Below, in pieces: positions 1 to 9,674 of a DNA stretch of 64,000 nucleotides. The stretch lies in the IMG/VR virus record IMGVR_UViG_3300022555_000035, one strand, 5' to 3'. Every line of letters begins with the position of its first letter. Positions within the stretch are counted from its first letter, which is position 1. The notes below the pieces were generated by a model, which had not been told where the DNA came from, ran no database searches, and saw nothing but the letters and a program-made list of their open reading frames with translations. A program made the position numbers and the translations under genes. This DNA comes from an uncultured virus (IMG/VR IMGVR_UViG_3300022555_000035) (taxonomy: Duplodnaviria; Heunggongvirae; Uroviricota; Caudoviricetes).

Positions 1-1
1 T

Positions 2-85
2 TTTGTAATTGTAGTTGTATCGACGCTGACAGCACTTTTGATGCAAGTTCCCTCAAGTTGGTGGGGGAAGGTGTTTCGCATATGA
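2..85 (+). CDS. C-terminal end of a small membrane protein (possible holin-like), truncated by the window
   Basis: Frame reads FVIVVVSTLTALLMQVPSSWWGKVFRI*; its TGA overlaps the ATG at 82 (ATGA coupling). Confidence 0.5.
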   Translation, partial: FVIVVVSTLTALLMQVPSSWWGKVFRI

Positions 86-1077
86 TTAAATTAAAAGTGT
101 CGAAGCCGCTGATGATTGTTGTCGCAGTAACGATTATTTTAGCCACGGCCTTGTGCCTGACTTCATGGTTCAGAATTCTGGAAATCAAAGAGACTAAAGC
201 ATATCGCCTGCAGCAAATACAAGACACCGAGTGGATGTTTGTTAAAGCCGTGCTGATAGAAAACTATGACAAGGCGAAACTGTCAGCAGAGATTGTCAAA
301 TTGAAAATCCTCAAGGATGTGGAAAAAGAGTACGGAAACAATCTCGCAAAGCTGCAATTCGATTTGGATTATCCGCACAGTTCCGCGATACTGTACCAGA
401 TTATCCATCGAAGCATCGCAAACACGTGGCTAAACAAAGAATCCGACAGCAATGACCCGTTTGTATTTACAACTTTTGGCATTGTTGGGGATTTGTCGCT
501 TGACTGTTCGCCATCTGCTACTGAAGTCACTTTCCGAACATGGGAACAGGAGTACGGGCAGCAGGCTAATCCGGTGCTGGCAAAAGGAGCGGTTTATGCC
601 ATAGTCCACCGGTTGCCGGTGCCAGTGTTCTGGGAGTTTTTGAAATCCGAGAATCCCGATCATCGCATGGTAATTTATATGTCGATAGCAGAAGTCGAGA
701 AAACGTTTCGAATCGAAGGGTTGAACGGGCTGAAAACATACGAGTTCCTGAATTATGCGGTGTTGTTTGACGAGAGAGATTTAGTCGGACGGCAACTGCA
801 CAGCGCACTCGGGCTGAAAAACAACAAAGCGGTACTGGTGTATATCACGCAGGGGTTCAACCTGCTGGACGCACTGGAGAAGAATCATCCCACAGACTTT
901 CTGAACACAAAGATAAGACAAAACGCGGTAATCACGCAGTCAAATGCCGCTGTTCGGCATGAGATGATTACATTAATCGGTCTGCTGATTGTGCTGTTTT
1001 CAGCACTAATCGCATCGCTGATAGCGCAAACGGTGGAGGTCGACACAGGGGAGCGGAGGCGAAAGACTGATGTTTGA
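82..1077 (+). CDS. Two-TM membrane protein with a large extracytoplasmic domain, in the lysis module
   Basis: N-terminal TM (LMIVVAVTIILATALCL), C-terminal TM (MITLIGLLIVLFSALIASLIA); overlaps both neighbours. Confidence 0.6.
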   Translation: MIKLKVSKPLMIVVAVTIILATALCLTSWFRILEIKETKAYRLQQIQDTEWMFVKAVLIENYDKAKLSAEIVKLKILKDVEKEYGNNLAKLQFDLDYPHSSAILYQIIHRSIANTWLNKESDSNDPFVFTTFGIVGDLSLDCSPSATEVTFRTWEQEYGQQANPVLAKGAVYAIVHRLPVPVFWEFLKSENPDHRMVIYMSIAEVEKTFRIEGLNGLKTYEFLNYAVLFDERDLVGRQLHSALGLKNNKAVLVYITQGFNLLDALEKNHPTDFLNTKIRQNAVITQSNAAVRHEMITLIGLLIVLFSALIASLIAQTVEVDTGERRRKTDV

Positions 1078-1342
1078 CAAAATATGCGTTTACATTCAAA
1101 CGCAGCCGGGTTTTTACTTTGCTTTTTTTCTTGTTATTTGGTTGGCTGCTTGGACGGCTAATGGCTTAAAGATGACTAATTTTAATTTAGAACAGCTGAG
1201 AGAGCTATTCATATTCATCATAAGTAAATACACAGTTGATTCAGGCCTTAATTCGCCAGTAGGCAAACCTATAGTAGGAAAGAATGAGGAGGTACCGTGT
1301 AATGAAAGTAGTAACACTGGAAACCATCCGGACGATGGCTGA
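1070..1342 (+). CDS. Putative holin
   Basis: 90 aa, hydrophobic segments, directly upstream of the endolysin. Confidence 0.55.
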   Translation: MFDKICVYIQTQPGFYFAFFLVIWLAAWTANGLKMTNFNLEQLRELFIFIISKYTVDSGLNSPVGKPIVGKNEEVPCNESSNTGNHPDDG

Positions 1343-1829
1343 GGCAGCCCGAGGAGTAGTAGATCGAATCTTCGTACATTGGACAGCTGGGCATTACGGA
1401 CAGTTCTTTGATGACTATCACATTAACATCGACGAAGATGGTTCAGTTCATGTATCCACAAAAGATTTCACTGAACGCAAAGCACATACGTACCATCAAA
1501 ACTCTGGAGCTATTGGTATTGCGCTCCTGTGTGCCTACAAAGCTGATACCAACGATCTTGGACCAGAACCTCCGACAGAAGCACAACTTTCTTCTCTTGC
1601 AGAAGTAATTGCTGCACTATGTGAAGGGTTAGACATTCCCATCGATTACGCACACGTACGTACCCATTGTGAACAAGCAGACGAAGATGATTATGGACCC
1701 GCAACTACTTGTGAGCGCTGGGATCTCTGGAGACTACGCGACGGTGAAGAGAATGGTACTGGCGGAGAGAAGATGAGAAAAATGGCTCAGGAGGCAGCGA
1801 TATGTTTTGCGAACAGTGCGGAAGCGTAA
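1302..1829 (+). CDS. Endolysin, N-acetylmuramoyl-L-alanine amidase (Amidase_2-like)
   Basis: VHWTAG, YHINID.DG, AHT..NSGAIGI, PT.AQ and THC motifs; GAGGAGG RBS before ATG 1302. Confidence 0.85.
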   Translation: MKVVTLETIRTMAEAARGVVDRIFVHWTAGHYGQFFDDYHINIDEDGSVHVSTKDFTERKAHTYHQNSGAIGIALLCAYKADTNDLGPEPPTEAQLSSLAEVIAALCEGLDIPIDYAHVRTHCEQADEDDYGPATTCERWDLWRLRDGEENGTGGEKMRKMAQEAAICFANSAEA

Positions 1830-2008
1830 TGCATGTAGCAAGTACCAGCAGAGGTATCCAAACTTTTGCATGTAAAGCTGGTTGTGACTGTTATACTTTT
1901 ATTTTCACTGACAAAAATTCGCATACACCTAGAAAAGAAGGGGGAACATCAAATTATGCAACCGAAAGTGTCTACGTCTCACAATTTCATCTGCAGCCAC
2001 ACGCGTGA
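1802..2008 (+). CDS. Small Zn-ribbon-like hypothetical protein
   Basis: CxxC...CxxxC pattern; GGAGG upstream. Confidence 0.35.
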   Translation: MFCEQCGSVMHVASTSRGIQTFACKAGCDCYTFIFTDKNSHTPRKEGGTSNYATESVYVSQFHLQPHA

Positions 2009-2366
2009 AGAAATCCTAGCACAAGAAAAAAACATCTTCGATGTAAAACACCTAGGCTTGTGCAAAATGGCGCTGTCGTACAATCCAGACTTTCCGGATA
2101 TGCTTACAGTAGTATCCACTGACCAGCATGGACGGAAACATACGCGCACAGTTCCATACAAAATGCCAGAAGTTGCAGCTCCTGTTATCGCACCAGAAGT
2201 GGATCTTTTTGTAGAGGAGAGTATTCCGGAGTCGGTACCAGAACCTGAACCAGCACCGGAAGAAGAGAGCGTTCCTGAAGAAGTAATACGCGTACCAGTA
2301 AAACTGATTCCACCCGCAGTTGTTACTGCGCAGCAACAGCCTTACAAAAATAAGTTTCGAAAGTAA
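1956..2366 (+). CDS. Hypothetical protein with Pro/Glu-rich linker
   Basis: ORF; AAGGGGG RBS before ATG 1956; PEPEPAPEEE tract. Confidence 0.55.
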   Translation: MQPKVSTSHNFICSHTREEILAQEKNIFDVKHLGLCKMALSYNPDFPDMLTVVSTDQHGRKHTRTVPYKMPEVAAPVIAPEVDLFVEESIPESVPEPEPAPEEESVPEEVIRVPVKLIPPAVVTAQQQPYKNKFRK

Positions 2367-2399
2367 GAACCAGCTACCAATAGGAAAGGAGAGACTATT

Positions 2400-2816
2400 G
2401 TGTATGAAAAGTATATTAAGCCGTACATTATTCCTGTGCTTGTGCTTCTACTTATTGGTGGGTACGCAGGGTATGTGCTCGGCGGCGGAAGATCAAGTAG
2501 TGATGACTCGGGCAGAGTTCAACAAATACAGCGAGACATTGAACAAGTGCGACAGGACATTAGAGATAGTAGGAATGAACTCATCAAAATCCGTCAAGGA
2601 GTTATTGACAGTAGAACAGAGATTGCAGGAGTCCGAACGGAAATTGAAACTATCCGAGGAGAAGTTAGCGCAAGTCGAGAAGAAATTGGAGCAGTACGAG
2701 AACGCACTCAAGGAGACATCCGACTTATTAGCGAAACAAGACAAGACATTAGAGAACGCCAACTTGACCTTGATAGCATACGCAAAAGAAATGAAATCAA
2801 AAGTAGCCAGCCTTAA
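2400..2816 (+). CDS. Inner-membrane spanin-like protein (N-terminal TM plus coiled coil)
   Basis: GTG start; TM IIPVLVLLLIGGYAGYVLG followed by heptad-repeat helix; lysis-module position. Confidence 0.55.
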   Translation: MYEKYIKPYIIPVLVLLLIGGYAGYVLGGGRSSSDDSGRVQQIQRDIEQVRQDIRDSRNELIKIRQGVIDSRTEIAGVRTEIETIRGEVSASREEIGAVRERTQGDIRLISETRQDIRERQLDLDSIRKRNEIKSSQP

Positions 2817-2895
2817 GGCACAAAAAGGCATCTGGCAAGGAGTTACTGCTATAGCCGTAGGAGCTTTAATTTGGCAGGCAAGCAAAGTAAAATAA
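2404..2895 (+). CDS. Second spanin-like protein (signal peptide, coiled coil, hydrophobic C-terminus), overlapping in the +1 frame
   Basis: MKSILSRTLFLCLCFYLLVGTQGMCSA leader, long coiled coil, C-terminal GIWQGVTAIAVGALIW; shares the AGGAGA RBS region. Confidence 0.55.
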   Translation: MKSILSRTLFLCLCFYLLVGTQGMCSAAEDQVVMTRAEFNKYSETLNKCDRTLEIVGMNSSKSVKELLTVEQRLQESERKLKLSEEKLAQVEKKLEQYENALKETSDLLAKQDKTLENANLTLIAYAKEMKSKVASLKAQKGIWQGVTAIAVGALIWQASKVK

Positions 2896-2916
2896 AGAGG
2901 GGACGTATTTATTATA

Positions 2917-3408
2917 ATGACGGGTTATCACTCAGGTACAGGGACAGTTATTTTCTCCACATCGGACACCAGTCAATTCGTAATGATTTCCAACGACGGC
3001 GCCGCTGACATTACAGTTAAAGTTGCAGGTAGTGAAATGGTGGTCAAAGCGGGAGAAGTGCTCAGAGAATTCCCAGGCGATTTTAATGTTGTAGTAGTGG
3101 CCGCTACTGCTACGGCTTGGCGTATTTGGACTTCGGCAGATGCTGACATGAATCATGCCAATCTTGGACTGTTCAAGAACACCGGAGCAAAAGGAGAAAC
3201 AGGAGCCGCAGGTGCTGATGGAGAAAATGGTCTTCCGGGAGCTCCAGGATTACAAGGTGAAGCTGGTGTAATTGCTATTGTAGGCACGCCTGCAACTGGA
3301 GACATCTTGTATTACACCGCATTGGGTGCATGGGCAGTGCTTCCCGTAGGCGATGATGGCGATGTTCTGACACTTGCCTCTGGTGTTCCTGCTTGGGTGG
3401 CACCCTAA
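2917..3408 (+). CDS. Collagen-repeat protein (fibre or decoration-like)
   Basis: Gly-X-Y run GAKGETGAAGADGENGLPGAPGLQGEAG; C-terminal GDILY..GDVLT..GVPAW motif. Confidence 0.6.
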   Translation: MTGYHSGTGTVIFSTSDTSQFVMISNDGAADITVKVAGSEMVVKAGEVLREFPGDFNVVVVAATATAWRIWTSADADMNHANLGLFKNTGAKGETGAAGADGENGLPGAPGLQGEAGVIAIVGTPATGDILYYTALGAWAVLPVGDDGDVLTLASGVPAWVAP

Positions 3409-3417
3409 TAACAAAAT

Positions 3418-3500
3418 AAAAGGCCGCCCACCTTTCTCTCCAGGTGAACGGCCTTTTGTCCTCCGCACCCGTGTTGACTCTCCTCACACGGGTGCTTTTT
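3418..3500. terminator. Two hairpins between convergent operons (intrinsic terminators)
   Basis: AAAAGGCCG..CGGCCTTTT with A/T tracts on both sides, and GCACCCGTG..CACGGGTGC-TTTTT. Confidence 0.75.
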
Positions 3501-3530
3501 ATTGCTGTAATTCCTTAAAGTTTTTCCATT

Positions 3531-5159
3531 TCACTCATTTTCATTTTGCAGGTTTTCAAAGAGAGGAAAATAATCTTTTTTGAATGCTTTCATCATCGGT
3601 AACGCCAATTCAATCATCTGTGGGTGAGGCTTACCAGTCATACCAAGAGCACGCAACCGGAAGAAATGGCGCCATTGCCGAATATTCTGTGTGACAACAA
3701 TTGCTGTTTTGGTACTATTGGGTAATACTGACCGGGCTTCTTGCGGAGAAGCATTTAATGAAATCAGCTTATTATATGCAATTTCAGCGGCCTTCATTGC
3801 TTCGTACCATATTTCCCTACAGGACATAGCAGTTTCTTTCGGAGCTTCGCTTGTAGGACATCTGTACATGAATGAAGAAGGATCCCAAAAACATGGATCG
3901 ATTACTGCAAGGCCGTTACCGCTATAGTTACAGTATCTAGTACTATTGTGTACAATGAAGCCATTAGCGACATAGTTGTGGTAGGGGGCCTCCATTTCGA
4001 TATCATATGTCTCCTCTTTTCCTATATATTCAATACTAGTTATAGTGCTAGGAAAAGCACTTTTTCCAACGTGCCAACCATGATGAAGTCGTCCGTGACA
4101 AGTAATACAAACTTTTACTAAATTATCTACATCATTATTATCCCTATTTTCATCTAAATGATGTACTTCTAATTTATCATCTTCTCCACAAAACTCACAA
4201 CAATTTTCATCTCTCTTATATTCACGATAAACACTTATACCCGTTTTCCAATTACTATTATTTTCTCCTCCTTTATTATTATAGTGATGTGCTCTTAGGG
4301 CTTCCCCTTGAGCAGCAACAGAAGGATGCATGTCTTCAGTAATACCCTTATTCCAAACTTCTCGTCCGTCATTATATTGTTGCTGAATAGTCTCAGACAT
4401 TTTGTCATAAGACTCCTCTGTGTGATTTTTAGTATACTTAGCTTGATCGTAGTCGTTCTTATGCTTCTCAAATATTCTCAATTTCTTCAATTTACGATAA
4501 ATAGTATGACAGGGTACTTTTAATACCTCAGCAATATCTTGTGGTGTGTACGTATCATACATATTTGTTAGCTCTTCATCTGATATCTGTATCAAACAGG
4601 GGCGACCGTTTGTCAATACTATGTCTCCTATTTGTAGATTTTTCAAAGGTATATACTTTATACCAGTAGATAGAAATTTATGTTCCATAGTACACGTTAT
4701 TTCATATCCGGAATCTGTAATAACTTTATATACATCTTGAATTCCTTTACGAAATACTGCAGCTACTCTGTTTAATATCACTTGTCCTTCGTTATTGATA
4801 CTTTTAATACAAGTCATTTGTTGATACTGTTTTGGCTTATTATATAATTCCTGTACCGTTAGATTCTTTTTTATTTTCGTATTACCTACAATACATTCTT
4901 GACTAAACGATGCAATACGATGACGTACCAATTCATGCGATACGCCGCGATCACATATAATTTCCACGGTAATGGCTACGTGCTCCAGCGGCGATAAATG
5001 TCCTATATTGATTTTATTACGGATAAATTCAACATTAGGTACTTCCGCCATTTTACCTTCACTTTTGTAACATTCTCGATATGCAAACTCAATCTTGAGC
5101 AACTCGGGCACGGCCTCCGGAGGATTGATATATCTCCAATATGCGTTTAAAATATGCAT
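3531..5159 (-). CDS. thyX: Flavin-dependent thymidylate synthase ThyX, intein-containing
   Basis: GHLSPLEH, RGVSHELVRHRIASFSQE|STRY, EARSVLP, NIRQWRHFFRLR motifs. Confidence 0.93.
   Translation of the reverse strand: MHILNAYWRYINPPEAVPELLKIEFAYRECYKSEGKMAEVPNVEFIRNKINIGHLSPLEHVAITVEIICDRGVSHELVRHRIASFSQECIVGNTKIKKNLTVQELYNKPKQYQQMTCIKSINNEGQVILNRVAAVFRKGIQDVYKVITDSGYEITCTMEHKFLSTGIKYIPLKNLQIGDIVLTNGRPCLIQISDEELTNMYDTYTPQDIAEVLKVPCHTIYRKLKKLRIFEKHKNDYDQAKYTKNHTEESYDKMSETIQQQYNDGREVWNKGITEDMHPSVAAQGEALRAHHYNNKGGENNSNWKTGISVYREYKRDENCCEFCGEDDKLEVHHLDENRDNNDVDNLVKVCITCHGRLHHGWHVGKSAFPSTITSIEYIGKEETYDIEMEAPYHNYVANGFIVHNSTRYCNYSGNGLAVIDPCFWDPSSFMYRCPTSEAPKETAMSCREIWYEAMKAAEIAYNKLISLNASPQEARSVLPNSTKTAIVVTQNIRQWRHFFRLRALGMTGKPHPQMIELALPMMKAFKKDYFPLFENLQNENE
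3945..4895 (-). mobile_element. Intein (317 aa) with HNH endonuclease in ThyX
   Basis: Starts CIVGNT, block B TMEHKF, ends YVANGFIVHN|S; CEFCG..LEVHHLDENRDNN..NL..C..CH HNH motif. Confidence 0.92.
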
Positions 5160-5463
5160 CGCTCTTTCTACTCCCTTCAAAATTTGATGCTAGTCCACGA
5201 TTAATCCGCCATGTACGAATTGTTCTTTTGGTACATTTTTGTACTATTGCTATCTCCTGATCTGATAACCCATGAGCGTACAAAAACATGCGTTCATCAT
5301 ACTTATCTATTATCCTTTTGTCGTTTGGTGGAAGATCAAGGGTACGTCGCCACGATCTTACGGCTTGCAAACAAATGTAGCACATTTTAGAAATTTCTCT
5401 GTCCGATGCTCCTGACTGATAAAGTGATAATCTTTGTAAATGTTCGTCCGTCCGTGTGGCCAT
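5089..5463 (-). CDS. Protein with two tandem HTH repeats
   Basis: LYQSGASDREIS..VRSWR and LYAHGLSDQEIA..IRTWR. Confidence 0.65.
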   Translation of the reverse strand: MATRTDEHLQRLSLYQSGASDREISKMCYICLQAVRSWRRTLDLPPNDKRIIDKYDERMFLYAHGLSDQEIAIVQKCTKRTIRTWRINRGLASNFEGSRKSDAYFKRILEIYQSSGGRARVAQD

Positions 5464-5464
5464 T

Positions 5465-8400
5465 TCATTCCTTTCCCTCCTTATACTTTTCAAGATTCCC
5501 CCAATTCGTGCCTATTTCAATATCTGCTATAAAGGGCATATCAGTCTTTAGATACTTGCCAGGAAGCGTTTGCATGGTGTGTAATATAGGTGCGACTACC
5601 AGTTTCACATTTTCTTTCGGTAATTCGAAGAGTATTGAGTCGTGTACCAGTATGAGTATCTTCGCGATGTCTCTTATTGAATGGTGTAGTTGTATAGCCG
5701 ATAATAGTGTCAGATCGCTCGCAGTACTTTGGATAGGGAAATTCACTGCCTCATTTTCCGTATTCCATAGGTTTTCCTTTGTAAGGAAGGGGAAACGTCG
5801 TTTTCTCCCGAAAGGCGTTGACTGTGTAATGCCTTGACTCGGAGTACTTCTACTCCACTCGATATATTCTGCTGCTTTTGGGAACCGCTTGTACCAGGCA
5901 GTTTTAAGGGCTCTTGCTTCCGCGACCGGAAACGCATGTTCTTCCGCAATGCTTTCCGGAGTGCGTCCATATGCAATCTGCTCTGTACTCTCCTATTACT
6001 AGAAGTGTCGGACTATGCCTTACAAGAATATTCTTTACGCCATTGCTTATATCTCATTATAAAATCTGCGCGCCAATCAGTAGTAGCTTGTGTACGATTT
6101 CGTGGCTGATCCTGTGGCTGTGCTAGCCACTCATCGTAAAAAGCTAATTCTTTTTGTTTTACTAATACGAACTCACGTATATCTGACATAAAGCGTGCAA
6201 GATACGTACCTGAGATTCTAAAATTATACATTTGTCGGTTGGTACTATCATGCCCAAAAACATTTCCTTCTGGATATTTTTCTAATAATGCATCCATAAG
6301 TTCCGGCTCTGATCCAGATATACCTATTTCACATTTTAGATATCCAGTATCTTTTCTGAGCAAAAACGATATATGTCCCTCACCGTCAAATATACCTGCG
6401 ACATAAGCATTGTGTAACATAATATTTTTGTCCCTCCATTATATATGTTCGTTTGATTTAATTATACTACACTTTGGAAGTTTAGTCAACCCCCCAAAGA
6501 AAATATAATTAGTCGACATTATAATAAGTCTCTACACGCTCTAAAGGCTTTATCCTTTAGACTTTGCGCACGGCGTTGACCTTTCGAAGGCGTTGATCTT
6601 TCGAAGGCTTTCACCGTATTGAGGAGGGTTTTACTTCGGCATTGTTGTTTACCGAAATTAAATGCTTTAGCTCTTACACGTTGATTCTTAGTATAGCCAG
6701 GTCCGTAAAGTTCTAAAGATACTTCATCATGAAGATCCTTACCATCATAATATAGCTTCATCATATCAGGACACTTTGCTAGGACTGCAAGTACTCGCAA
6801 CTCACAGTTATGAACTATTACTCCGTTGGCGCTGAACCTATTATTTGGCTGATCCATTAAGTCATATACTTTTGCCTCTCTTCCTGAAGATACTATCTCT
6901 TTTACTTGATCCCAATGAAATTGTTTGTACCAAGATATATTTTTCTGTAACTCCTCATCTTCATCTAAGCACAAGTCTTGTATCTTATTACGCGTATATG
7001 GCCTTCCATTTAGATGATTTAAAACATATTTGCGATAGTCTATTCTTTTTACGTTGCGTATTAATGCTACAGGTATCGGTAAGTAATTACTTTGATCTCT
7101 TCTTGCTCTTGTATTAACCAGTTGCAATATTTGCTGCTTACGTGATAGCTGAAACCCAATATTCATCTGAAAATTACGTAGGCTAACGGCATCGCAAATA
7201 TGTACTTTATACTGAAGTGCTCCTCCTTCTACATAATTATATCCCGTACGTGTAGTAATTAATGTAGACATGATGCCAAAACGAAGTAATGCTAATTGTA
7301 CATCTCTTGATAATAGCTCAAACCGAGAAGAAAATTCTATGCCGTTAGCATCAATACTAGCATCAGCATCAAATAATCCCGATAAGAAATCAGATAATCC
7401 ATTAGCGGTTATCTTATTAAAAGGTATGCGTAATGATCGCTTATCAAACATACTATGTAACCGCTTTACTAAACCTGCCTGATTAGTAACATTAAGAGTA
7501 TAGCTACCATAATCTCTAGGTATTTCACTTATACCTTGAGCAATTAATAAAGCTATCTGCTCTTCATCTACTGGCAGCTTTTTAGAGAATTGTAATGTTC
7601 CTTTTGAATTATGAAAGCTGCCATCACCTACCCAAAAACCAACTACCCACCAAAAAGGATTAAATACCTCTTCTTCAAAACTTTCTCCTTGTAAAGCTAT
7701 CCAGTCTCCTTGTTGTATCTCAGATAAAGGTTTCCAACCTGTAGAGGTTGCGATTTGATGATCCTTAGTACATTCTACATTGTATCCTCTTTCTGTAGTC
7801 AATATACTAGTAGGACTTTCTCCTTTATAAATAGCTTCAGGATGATCTTGAATACGAAAATCATCAGATACCCAAGTATCTTCAGCTATGCACTGCGAGT
7901 AATCTGCTTGTATAAAGATATTGTTTCCTGTAGGTATAAACGCCGTTTTAATAAGCTTACCACGGGGAATATTTTGTACATTAGGTCCTCGAGAAGCAAG
8001 TCGTCCTGTGGATGTTCCGTGGATTAGAAACGAAGTATGTACCTTCTTATCCACTTCAACTTGCTCTTGTAATCCTTCAATGTATGTTGAAAACAGTTTT
8101 GTAATTTTACGATGTTCTGCTAATCGATTGATAAGCAGATTAGCATTTCCCCGAGCTTCCCACTCAGTAAGTAATTCCGGAGTAGCTTCAATTGCTTTAT
8201 CACTGGGTTTCTTCAAAATCTTAGTAAGCCAATACTCAACAGCATCTGCATCTGTAGTTGTAGAACCTTTGTACTTCGGCATCTTTAGTAGATGATGCAA
8301 TACATAACCGAGCTGTTGCCAAGAACCAGGATTAAACACGGGAGGTGGTTTCTTCGTTCCTACATGTTGCTGATACTTGATAGGATTCCAACCAACCATG

Positions 8401-9674
8401 TCAGCAATACCCAAAAGTGTTTCTTTTACTGTTGCAATATGCTCAGTATACTCTTCGCTAATCTTTGCCATATATTTCATATCAATTGCTGCACCTTCAA
8501 GCTCAAAATCAGCTAAAGCATTAGATGCAGGAATCAAAACTTCAGTATAGGCAAAATGTAGCTGATCCTCTGTTCGTACTTTTTGATCAAATACTTTGAA
8601 TATCCGGAAAACATAATCTACGTCGTGTGCCGTATACTGTAACAACTCGGCACGAGGTGCGGCACTGTAATCTTCAAAGCCGTCAACTAGTTTTTTGAAC
8701 TTTGCCTTATAATTTGGCGCACCTAATATCTGTGCAGATAATAAGTCAAGATCGTGAATCCCTTTACGTTCATCCAGAAGATAGTGAAGTAACATGGTAT
8801 CTTCATCTACTCTGGCATTGATACCGAGATGGCGAAGAAACTTAACGTCGAACTTACCATTATGCCATAACCAGCGAGGGCCTTCCATTTCCCATAGCTG
8901 TTTGAGCAAAGGTATGCACTCTTTATTGTACATAATTTCTTCGTCAAATATCGCGGCATACCCTTCCTTCCAGGCGAATGCAGCTGAAAATGCCCTGTTC
9001 GATATTGGTGAAAATCCCGTTGTCTCCAAGTCACATGATATTATTGGCTGCTTCTTTAAAAACTCGATAAAGTCAGGCAAATGCTTTGGTGACAAGATAT
9101 CATATCGTGTCCTTAGATCAATAGGCTTATCATCATATGTAGGATTATCCAAGAACTTTTTGACTTCTTGCCACTGGTTTACGAAATCAGTAAATATCTT
9201 TGGAGACTTCATTACTGCTGAAGGATGTATTACAGGTATGATTGAACAATTAAACTCAGGAGACCAAAAACGTTTACCTGCGTGTGTATTAAGTGGTTCT
9301 TTTTTACGTAAAATCTGATGTAAAGCAACTTCGCCCATTGGTACAATTAGTATAGGTTTACATAATGTAACTTCGTCTACTAAACGATCTCGACAACAGG
9401 TAAGTTCAGTAGACGTAGTTACTGCAGCAGGATTACGACAAATAGCTGCATAAGTAATATGTACCTTGTCAAACTCAATATGCAGCTGTCCGAGAATGTT
9501 CTTAAGTAATTCTCCTGCCTGTCCTGCGAGAGGCGTTTTGAACATTGTCTCTGTAATAGTAGGAAAATCCCCGACGAGTATGAGCGTAGATTGGTCTGGA
9601 CCACTCGGTACTCCACTGGGCTCTTTCTTCAGAGGACAATGCGAACACTTAGCATTCTCAAACTTATCACTCAT
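5465..9674 (-). CDS. polA: Family A DNA polymerase with N-terminal UDG-like and 3'-5' exonuclease domains; join(6651..9674, 5465..5977)
   Basis: Exo DLETTG/HNGKFD/YTAHD; TGRLAS..PNVQNIP; motif A DYSQ|CELR; motif B RAKAFNFG|IAYG restored by removing the intron; motif C VHDS. Confidence 0.95.
6013..6420 (-). CDS. Single-motif LAGLIDADG homing endonuclease encoded in the intron
   Basis: AYVAGIFDGEGHI motif; own GGAGG RBS and promoter. Confidence 0.88.
   Translation of the reverse strand: MLHNAYVAGIFDGEGHISFLLRKDTGYLKCEIGISGSEPELMDALLEKYPEGNVFGHDSTNRQMYNFRISGTYLARFMSDIREFVLVKQKELAFYDEWLAQPQDQPRNRTQATTDWRADFIMRYKQWRKEYSCKA
6461..6489 (-). promoter_or_regulatory. sigma70/sigmaA-type promoter inside the intron
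   Basis: TTGACT-17 bp-TATAAT upstream of the endonuclease. Confidence 0.75.
6807..7892 (-). mobile_element. Intein (362 aa) with LAGLIDADG endonuclease in polA motif A
   Basis: Starts CIAEDT, TKDHQI block B, VGFWVGDGS and FLSGLFDADAS, ends FSANGVIVHN|C. Confidence 0.93.

Larger units (their letters stand above)
5978..6650 (-). mobile_element. Group I intron (673 nt) in polA motif B
   Basis: 5' exon ends in U (TTCGGT), pairing with intron GCCGAA through a U-G wobble (P1); intron ends in G; CAAT can pair with 3' exon ATTG (P10); GACTA/TAGTC P7; splicing restores the frame. Confidence 0.92.

Noticed and set aside
5465..5976. ORFs 5465-5746 and 5743-5976 as separate genes, or polA as a pseudogene
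   Set aside because: Explained by exon 2 of the intron-split polA, which is continuous from 5977 to 5465.
6519..6650. C-terminal KQQCRSK...RDLL of the listed polymerase ORF
   Set aside because: Read-through into intron sequence, not protein.
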